A DNA stretch of 64,000 nt, from NCBI GenBank assembly GCA_963736115.1, contig CAVTNR010000003.1:64001-128000 (forward strand), given 5' to 3'. The translations under genes were made by a program, and so were the position numbers. A model generated the notes under the pieces. That model had not been told where the DNA came from, did not search any database, and saw only the letters and a list, made by a program, of their open reading frames with translations. Source of the DNA: an uncultured bacterium. GTDB taxonomy: Bacteria > Zhuqueibacterota > QNDG01 > DTFT01. Of the stretch, positions 47,101 to 55,500 are shown piece after piece; position 1 is the first letter of the stretch; every line of letters begins with the position of its first letter.

Positions 47101-47557
47101 CCATGCCCGGCAGCCGGAGCTGGCGCCGCGGAAAGTGAGGGAGGTTCTTGACGAGCTTGAGCTCGTTGCCCTCCACGGTCTTCCGGTAATCCACGCCGTC
47201 GACCACGCGCCGGATGATGAAAATGCCCAGCCCGCCCTTTTTGCCGATGTCCACGTACCGCTGAAGGTCCGGGTCCCGGACCTGGCGGAGATCGAAGGTG
47301 TGTCCCTGGTCGATCAGGGAGACGGTCACATCCCGGTTGCGGATGATCATGCGGAGCGTGACGAATCCGTCCCAGTCCCGGTAGGCGTGCCGGATGATGT
47401 TCGTCCCGCCCTCGTCGATCGCCAGCTTGAAGGAGTTGAGAATCCTCTCCGGAACGCCGTACTTGCGGCCGACATGTGTGACGAAATTCCGCATTTCCCC
47501 GAGGTATTTGACGTCCGCGGGGACCTTGCATTCTTCTTTGATGACTTTTCGGAACAT
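44135..47557 (-). CDS. Membrane-bound RsbW-like HATPase + HAMP + SpoIIE/PP2C phosphatase + tandem HTH + TPR protein
   Basis: LAIDEGGTNIIRHAY..DQG..GGLG; two TMs; HAMP NPLRRL..DEIGEIAHAFN; EVGGDYFD, ADVSGKG, YTDGVTEA, SDDITLV; HTH ARDACRKVGVSTSTYYKY; acidic linker; C-terminal TPRs. Confidence 0.88.
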   Translation of the reverse strand: MFRKVIKEECKVPADVKYLGEMRNFVTHVGRKYGVPERILNSFKLAIDEGGTNIIRHAYRDWDGFVTLRMIIRNRDVTVSLIDQGHTFDLRQVRDPDLQRYVDIGKKGGLGIFIIRRVVDGVDYRKTVEGNELKLVKNLPHFPRRQLRLPGMGLPMKLQYGVYAGILWTLLAVAVWFVSNANQRSRILRSDLALGGTLARTLAHQCVESLVRDETIETARIAAEFQRVNAPWLLEALIIDSTGIVQGSVTPERILEPHRPGPVEARLSTSVTRTRTDDGRTAYEIEEAVVPPLMRIPVGSVRLQFDKAVTDHKIRTALLDGLRMLFIIWLVGAAGIFALVFLITNPLRRLARWISAAGHGEIQDEVEFDQSDEIGEIAHAFNEITEKFRKSQVNLAEQERLQKEMQVAQEIQHTLLPSSFPEIEGYEIASYYEAAREVGGDYFDFVEVDKDTLGIVVADVSGKGVPGSLIMTMIRTALRTEARGNKNAADVLARVNDFVINDMKRGMFVTVFYVILDSHNRTINYASAGHNPMILYRAQTNKSFYLNPRGFPIGLNLPDKTLFRKSIESDTIHLKEGDVLIAYTDGVTEAMNAQRDKFGEERFLSVIRKGGQMQVDPLVDRIREEIKEFTGGEAQSDDITLVAIQENMKAEDVLFNLRSKLIRLVTEEGMSARDACRKVGVSTSTYYKYRRRWDKMGDDGLRELTVRSDVEENHIAIEDKVKIHDIIKKHPDFGPKRIAEELKTESYGLTVLDEKRIYDELVKSRLNTRDRRQVFAERGEKGKRTKPPGTPFLTLDGQIILDTGKRRERPPLLRPRRLDDAPTISIRASQIKKEPEEVAHPPLSGADASAPEESLLRQETGAAAAGSPSGAGAESVAPLGPAESVAAGGSAAAAEPGTTSPETDDGLLGGLFDWLEESPGSGTEAVAVPAGKSPEDGAPAVTADSAVENQADAEDRIAESVSGELFDAEFAGFAEESAEAFDGGLFERIDASPFDSDTTLSARGSRDESRITAMLREMNSRRHMDSGKWFYRQGLYAKAIEEFKRILDEKPDSWEAYQSLGDAWYRLGQLEKAIESYERVRLLNPENLNVLENLGVISANRGEYKRAVWQWGEILKRNPQRSDILERIKRMQKLIRSQAV

Positions 47558-47575
47558 GGATGAGCCTTCCGGTCT

Positions 47576-49552
47576 TTACTTGTTGTTCTGGAAGGTCTGG
47601 AGGCGGGCGCGCGCGCCCTGGATGGCCTCGATGATTTTCACGTTGTTGGGCTCGATGACCAGAGCCTCTTCCCAGATCCGCAGGGCGCCCGCATAATCGC
47701 CGTCCTGGTAGGCGCGCAGGCCCTGGGAGTACCGGTCCTTTGCGTCGCGCCGCATCTCCCTGGGCGCGCCCTGGGACCGGGCGAGCGCGTTCCGGTACAG
47801 CTCGCGCGCCTTCTGGTTCGCGGGTTCGAGTTCCGTGGCGCGCCGGAGGAAGTCGGCCGCGCCCGCGTAATCCTGCTTCTCGAAACGTTCGACCCCGGCC
47901 TGATAGGCGTTGAGGAAGCCGAATTTCTCGTCCAGGTTCTTCATCTCTTCGGACACCAGGGCGTTCAAACGGGGGGAATCGCCGGCCGTTTCGCGGGCCT
48001 GGTTCAGCACCTGGTAGGCTTCGGCGGCTTTTTCCTCCCGCACCAGCTGGCGGGCGCGGCCGATGCGGCGCTGGACCTCGCTCTCCTGGGCGCCGGCTGT
48101 GCGGCTGATGTAGCTCCGGATCTGTTCATTTTCCGGATCCCTCTCGAGCGCCTGGTTCCAGCGCCCGATGGCCTTCGAGTAGGCGCCCTTGTCGAGGAAC
48201 GCCAGCCCTTCCTGGAAGCACTGACTGACGAAGGCGAGGTCTTTCTGGCGGGACTCGTTCTCCCGCGTTTCCTGCAGCAGCTGGTCTTCGCGCGCCAACT
48301 GGGAGGCGGTTTCGAGCCGGTTGGTCTCCTCGAGCAGGCGTTTGGCTTCCGCGTGGCCGGGGTCGTCCCTCAGGACGGAGCCGAATTCGAGCCGCGCGTT
48401 GATGTAATCCGCGGACGCCAGGTGGCGTTTGCCCGCCGCCAGCGCGTCGGTGACGCGCTTACCGAGCGCCTCCCCCATCTCCTGTTCGACCCGGCGCCGC
48501 GTCTCCGCTTGGCGACGGACTTCGATGAGCCGCCTCTGTTCCGGAATGGATTTGCCGAGGAACAGGATGAGCGAAAAACGGTGGCTGCGCGGAAAGAACG
48601 ACGGATCACCGAGACGGCCGGTGGCATAGTCGATCTGGAAGAACCGGAGCGACAGTCCCGCGCCGAACGTCGGTTCGCCGTCGTCGAATCCCGCGCGCAG
48701 AAACAGGGCGTTCGCGATCGCGTACTCGGCCCCGGCGTGGATCCGGGTTTTCCGGTTCCGGCCCTGTTCGGCATCCGCCAGAATGAGAAAACGGTCCATT
48801 CCGCCGCGCAAGAAAAGTGTTTTCGCGATTCCCGCGCGCAGTGTCGAGGGCAGGGTTTCGTATTCGCCCCCCAGCCGGAGCCGGGCGGGCAGCGCGTTGG
48901 ACATTGAGGCGCCGAGATAGACATTGTGGAGGGGTGAACCTTCCCACCGGATGCGGGTGTGGACGCCGGCGTCCATTCCGAATCCCGTCGCGGACACGTT
49001 CCCCATGACCTGCCGGTGGGTCACGAAATTGGTGCCGATGGAAATGCCGCGGAAGAGCGTCATGCCGTACCCGAGCGTCAGTTTTCCCTGCCAGTAGCCG
49101 ATTTCCCCCATATCCACGGGGACCGTTCCGGCTGCGGCGCCGATCTCCGCGATCCGGCGGATTCCTTCTACGCCGATGCGGGACACGCCGATCCCGAAAG
49201 TGCCGGCGGAAAGCGTCGGATGGATGTAATGGACGGCCTGATACTGGACATCCTCGAAAAGTTCGGTGTGCGACAGAAGCAGACCACGCTGCTGCACGAC
49301 GACCATGCCCGCGGGATTCCAGAGGGGGGCGGACGGGTCCTGCGGGAACGCGACGGCCGCGTTCCCCAAACCCAGAGCCCGGGCATCCGCGCCGATGCGG
49401 AACGGATCCTCGATCCCCGCCCCGCCGTCACCGGCTGACAGACTCCCGGCGCAGGCCGCAAAGCAGACCATCCGGGCGATTCCAAGCCGGGTCCGCCGGC
49501 CGACCCCTGCGGGCCCGGTGACGATTCCCCTGTGGCGATTTGGTTTTCTCAT
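47576..49552 (-). CDS. PorV/PorQ-like beta-barrel fused to C-terminal TPR/coiled-coil region
   Basis: GADARALGLGNA..DPSAPLWNPAG; barrel ends IDYA..SHRFSL; then multiple TPRs. Confidence 0.8.
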   Translation of the reverse strand: MRKPNRHRGIVTGPAGVGRRTRLGIARMVCFAACAGSLSAGDGGAGIEDPFRIGADARALGLGNAAVAFPQDPSAPLWNPAGMVVVQQRGLLLSHTELFEDVQYQAVHYIHPTLSAGTFGIGVSRIGVEGIRRIAEIGAAAGTVPVDMGEIGYWQGKLTLGYGMTLFRGISIGTNFVTHRQVMGNVSATGFGMDAGVHTRIRWEGSPLHNVYLGASMSNALPARLRLGGEYETLPSTLRAGIAKTLFLRGGMDRFLILADAEQGRNRKTRIHAGAEYAIANALFLRAGFDDGEPTFGAGLSLRFFQIDYATGRLGDPSFFPRSHRFSLILFLGKSIPEQRRLIEVRRQAETRRRVEQEMGEALGKRVTDALAAGKRHLASADYINARLEFGSVLRDDPGHAEAKRLLEETNRLETASQLAREDQLLQETRENESRQKDLAFVSQCFQEGLAFLDKGAYSKAIGRWNQALERDPENEQIRSYISRTAGAQESEVQRRIGRARQLVREEKAAEAYQVLNQARETAGDSPRLNALVSEEMKNLDEKFGFLNAYQAGVERFEKQDYAGAADFLRRATELEPANQKARELYRNALARSQGAPREMRRDAKDRYSQGLRAYQDGDYAGALRIWEEALVIEPNNVKIIEAIQGARARLQTFQNNK

Positions 49553-52500
49553 CTATTTCATGACCGCAATTTTGGTTTTCCGGATTTGTCCGTCGGCCGG
49601 TTTCATGAAAAGGAAATACACCCCGTTCAGGACGGCTCGCGACCGGTCGTTCCGGCCGTCCCACAGCAGAGTGTGCAGTCCGGCCGAGGCGCGGTCGTCC
49701 GAGGCGTCGAAAGAAACGGACCAGACCGGTTCGCCCGTGAGCGTGAAAAGGCGGAAGGAGACAGTCGTTCTTTTTTCCAGATAGTAATGAATGGCCGTGG
49801 GGCCGTCCGACGGACTGAATGGATTCGGGCTGTTCCACAGGGCCAGCTCCGTTTCCGGCTCGAATATCTTTTTCGGGTCCGAGCGCAGGGATGTCCAGTC
49901 CTCTCCGGCGGGGGTCTTGACCGCGACGCTGTTGCCGGAGTTGGGTTCCCGGGCGTCAACGAAATCCCCGCTCGGGATGTTGAGCTGGAAGTATCCGGTT
50001 TCAGGCGCGTCGGAAATGCGGCCGAGCACGGCGATGGACACGCTTTCGCCCACGGCAATGCTCGGACGTTTGCTCAGGGACAGAAGGATCGGATTCTCGC
50101 TGATCACCGATGTGGACCCGAAAATGTCCGTGCTATCGGCGTTTGAAACCGCGGTCAGCCTGGAGATCACCGAAGCCGGGGGAATCGGATCGCCGAACCG
50201 GTCTTCGAACTGGAATCTCAAACCTTCGATCGCGATGCGGCCGCTGCCTTCCATGCCGCGGTTGGTCGCGGTGACCACCAGCAGCTTGACCCCGTCCTGG
50301 CCCGGCATGATGGTGCTGAGACTCCAGGCGGGCAGGGGATTGGCTTCAATCGAGAGCCAGGCGCCGGCCATGCTCACGGCCACGGCGTCATTGGGGCGGC
50401 TCACATAAGCCGGGCGGCCCGTGTTCTCGTCCGCCGGTATGACGGAGAGCCGGAAACGGATGGTCACCGCCTCGACCGACTGCCGGGACGGCGCCTTGAC
50501 GGTCCATGCGGCAGTTCCCCCCGCAACGGCGCGCGTAAGCGGATCGAGCGTCGTGTATCCTTCGGGCAGGGTCTCCAGGGTCACGGCGGTTAAGCCCGTG
50601 GTGTCGGCCTCGCCGATATTTTCGAGCCGGGTGGTGATCACGAATTCCTGACCGACCGCGACGGTCCCGGTCTGAGCGACATCGGCCGGCGCGGTGATGG
50701 CGGCGCTCATGGAGAGGTCGGCGCGGCGGACCGTGGCGATGGAGAAGGCCGCCCAGAAATCGGGAACGGGCACGTCCTGCTGAAGCGAATCCATGCCCTG
50801 CACCCGGACCCGTATGTCCGCTTTCGGCGACGCGGCCGGGGGCGCCTCGACCCGCCAGGACAGTGACCAGGACGTGAGGTTTTTCACGATAGCGTCCGAG
50901 GTGGTGTATCCGGCCGGAAGCTGCAGGGTCGCGGTGATGTCCCGTGCGTTGGAATGAAATATCTGCGTGGTCACGATAAAGGACTGGCTCGCGGATACGA
51001 TTCCGTCCGAGGCGCCGGATGGTTCCGTGACCGCCAGAAGCGCCGAGAGATTGCTGGGCACGGTGATCACGCGGATGCGCGCCTGACTCTGCTCGACATC
51101 CGCGGTCGCGCCGGCATTGAAGTCGTTCGGAATCCGGAACAGTTCAGCGGCTACCCATTCGGTGTCCGGCGCGGAGACCGGCGACCGGACGCTCCATTCC
51201 GCCGGGAATCCCGGCGCGATGCCGGCCGTGTCGCTTTCGGATATTCTTTCGAACCGGTCCGCCAGCACCAGGCGGACGCCCGCGATGCCGTCCGTCCGTC
51301 CGGAGCCGAAATTCATGAGTTCGGCCCGTACGGTGAAAGTCTGGCCGGCGGACACGCGGCCGTCCGGCGTGCTCAGGCCGAGCGAGAGGGAGAGCCGGAC
51401 CGGCGTCTGCACCGTCACCTGGGCCGTGGAGTCCAGAGCCGCGCCCACGGGCACGGCCTGGCGGGGCGACCCGATGAATGCCTGAAGGATATCGGCGCGG
51501 AATGTTTCGGCCGCGTTTTCAGCAGCCGGCGCCTTCACGGCGAAGACGGCCGTGTCCCACTGTGCGGGCGTCAGCCGGCTGATGGAAACCGGGGAGGCCT
51601 CGATCGCGGAACCGCCGTCCGTTGTCAGGCCGACGCGGATGTCCTCGACGTTCAGGCCGAGTCCGTTTTCCAGGATCACCAGCACCTCGAAATCCTGCCC
51701 CGTATTGACCGTCGCGTTGCCCGCGTCGTCCGCGGCCGCGGAACGGACGCGGGTGGAGATGATGCGGAAAGACTGGTCGGACCGTACGAACACCGAAGTT
51801 TCCTCTCCGGCGTTCAGGACCGCGCGCGAGTTCCGATCCCGGCCGGTCACCGCCGCCTCTACGCCCGCGATGCCGCCGAGGCTTCCGGTGGAGGTGACGG
51901 TATAGACCAGGGCGTCGGTCCTTCCGCCGGCCAGGATGAGGCCTCCCTGCGAGAGCGCGGCCGGCGGCGTGACGCTGTAATCCGACTGTTTCAGGCCGTT
52001 GATGCGGAATGTCAGATCCGAGGCCTTCGGCGGGTCGAACTGAATCGGCGCCTGCCCCTGGTTCCGTACCGCCACCTCAACCGTCCAGGGCTCCTTCTGA
52101 CCGCCGATGAGTCTGTCCGAAGAGGCGGCGACCCTGGATATGCGCAGGATTGCCGGATTCTGGATGACCACGACGGACGTCGCCGTGACCTCGGGCACCA
52201 GATCCTTGGTGTTGTCCCTGAAACCGTCCGCATAGAGGGTGAAGGTCTCCCCCGTGCTCGGCGATGCGGCGGCCTGGAAGCTGAAATCCACCCAGACCAG
52301 CCCGCCGCCGGGCAGCCAGTCCACGGTTTGCACGGATGCGGATGTGAACATCGACAGGCCGTCGGTGTTCATGATGAGCTGGAGGTTGCGGAGGCCGTCC
52401 CCGCCGGTGTTCTGCAGGTATACCCGGAGCGTGTCCTCGGCGTAGACATTGACATAGGGGCGGTTCGGTGCCAGGTTGTCGATGCGGAGAATGCTCAGGC

Positions 52501-55500
52501 TGGCCGGCGTTTCCATGAGAATGGAGGCTTTGACGCCGTAGGTCGTGTCGGATTTGCACGTCCGGCCGGTGTTGATTTCCCTTCCGGTCACCAGGGACGT
52601 GATCTGACAGATTCCGGTAGGGTTCGATGCGGAACGTTCGACGATGTAGCGGAGGCTGTCCGACGCGCCGCCCGGCAGGATCCAGCCGCCCCGGCCGAGT
52701 TCCTGCAGGCCCGACAGATCCCATCCGGATCCCGCGGAAAAGAGGAGAAAGGTGACCGAACGGCTCGTGTCGATCCGGACGGCGCTTCCTCCGGCATTGG
52801 TCAGCCGGACCGAAACGGTCCAGGCGATGTCCTGACCCAGCGTGACCTCGGGCTGTGAGACGCGGATCGCGTCGATGCGCAGGCGGGCGGAATCCTGGAC
52901 CGCGATGCCGGTGAAACCCTGATCGCTGACCACGCCCCCGGTGCCGCCGTCGGTGAAGAACGCAACAGCCTCGACCGTGACGTCGCCCGGGGACCGGCCG
53001 GTGCGGTCCACCCGGACGGAGAGCGTATCCTCGCCGTTCCCGGCCAGAACCGCGGTTCCGCTGCGGCGGAGGACGGCCGGAAGCACGAGCTGAAAGTCAT
53101 TCTGGCGCACGCCGGCGATCCGGAACCGCACCCACAGGCTGTCGAACCGGGCGCTGCTGCTGGCCAGGTTGCGGACGGCCACGTTCAGGGTCCAGTCCTG
53201 CGTCTGACCCGCGGTCACTTCCGCGGCTGAAGCGGTACATGCGGTGATGCGGATGCCCGGGGGCGCATTGACGTCGAAGACGTTGGACGCGCCGGTTTCC
53301 GAACCGCCCGTCCGGACCACGCTGATGCGGTTGCCGGCCCGCGGTAAACCGATGGTGACGCCGCCGGACCACTGGCCCGCGGTAAAGGACCCGCTGCGGA
53401 CCGGGCTGATGGAGCCGCTCAGGTCGGAAATGTCCGCGGTTCCGGTGAACGAGGTGGCCTGGCTGCCGAAACGGTCCGCTGCGATCACGATGACGGTGAA
53501 GGGCACCTTGGCGACCTGACTGCCGACCGTGGCGATCAAGAAATGATCGACGGGCCCCGGAAGCACATTGAAGAAGTTGGAGATGCCCGAATGTCCGGCG
53601 CCGTCCGAGGCCGTCACGGTTACGTCCTGGCCCGCGCGCAGAATCATGACGGATTCCGTGCGGACGCCTGCGACGAAGGCGCCGCTGACGGCCGGTGAAA
53701 TCGTAGCCGCGCCGTCGGCAAGCGCGACGGTTCCAGTGAAGCCGGTGGCCGTGTTGCCGTACGCGTCGAGCGCGGTGACCGTGACGGGAAAGGCGATGCC
53801 CGCGGCCTTGGGGCTTCCGATCAGCCCGATCGTAAAGGAGGCCACGCCCGCGGGCCTGACCGTGAATTCATTGGATGTGCCGCTCTTGCCGCCGCCGGTC
53901 ACGGTCAGCGAGTTGCCCGTGTAGCTGCGGGTGATGGTCACGCTGCCGTTCCACAGGCCGGACGCGAATGTGATCGACGCGGGCGCGCCGGTTCCGGTTT
54001 CGTCGGCCAGGGCCGCCGTGCCGGCGTACGAGGTGACGGGATTGCCGTTGGAGTCGACCGCGCGGATGACCACGGCGAACGCGACGCCCGCGGTGCGGTT
54101 GTCCGGCACCGGATCGATGACGAAATGATCCACGGTGCTCGCGATCACGGCAAACGGATTGGAGAGGCCGGTCTGGACTCCGCCGGTCCGAGTGAAGGTC
54201 AGCCGGTCCGACGTCTGGGTCTGCGCAATGGTCAGATTGCCGGTCCACACGCCGTTGGTGAAAGCGCCGCTGACCGTGGGCGATACGGTTCCGGCGCCGG
54301 AATGAGTCACGGAAACCGTGTTCCCCGCTCCGCTGAAGGAGGTCACGGTGTTGTTGTTCGCGTCCTGCGCGGTCACCGTGACGCTGAAGGGCATGCCGGC
54401 CGCAGGATCGGCGATGGTTCCCACGGCGAAATGGTCCAGCGAGCCGTGGGTCACGTTGAAATAATTGGAGACGCCCGTGTGCGAGCCGGCGTCCGCGGCC
54501 GTGATGCGCACGTCGTTGCGGGCCTGGGTGATGGTCAGGGTCTGGGTCCGGACGCCCGCGGCGAACGCGCCGGTAACGGAGGGCGAAACTGAAACCGATC
54601 CGCCGTTCAGGTTCACGGTCGCCGTGAACCCGGTTGCGGTGTTGCCGTAAGCGTCCAGGGCGGTGAAGGTCACGGAAAAACCGGTGCCTGCCGTCCTCGG
54701 GCTGGGGATGTCGGACAGCCTGAATGAGGCCACCGCGGCCGGGACGACCGTGAAGGTTCCGGATGTGCCGCTCTTGCCGGCTCCGGTCACGGTGAGAAAA
54801 TCGCCGGTGAGGGATTTCGTGATGGTGACCGCGCCGGTCCAGATGCCGGACGCGAACGTGACCTGCTGGGGCGTGATCGTTCCGGACTCGTCCTTGAGAT
54901 TGACCGTGCCGTTGAAAGCGGTCACGGTGTTCCCGCTCGCGTCCACGGCCCGCACGGTCACCGAGAACGGAGCCCCGGCCGTCTGGGAGGGAGAGACGGA
55001 AGAAAAAACGAAGTGATCCACGGCGCTGGCCGTGATGTTGAACGGATTCGACGTGGCCGCGTGGCCCGAACCGTCGTCCGCCATGAGATAGAGGCCGGAC
55101 TGCGTCTGGGAAATGGTCACCGGGCCGGTCCAGGAGCCGCTGTAGAAATTGCCGCTCTGGGCCGGAGTCAGGACGCCCGAACCGGTGTAACTCAGGTTGA
55201 CGCGGCGCCCGAGTCCGGTGAACGCGGTGACGATATTTTCAAAAGCGTCGAACGCGGTGATGGTGACCGTGAAAGGCATACCGGCCGCTCCGTCCGCGAC
55301 CGGCGAAAAGCCGAAATGATCGAGGCCGGCCGCGTCCACGTTGAAATATCCGGATAGACCGGTGCGGCCCGAACCGGCGGCCGTGACCTGAATGTCCTGG
55401 CCGGTGGTCAGGATGGAGACGTTGCCGGACCACGCTCCGGCCGTGAATGCCGGCGTGACCGCGGTGCCGGTGGTCTGGATTTCGAGGGAAGCTGTTTTTT

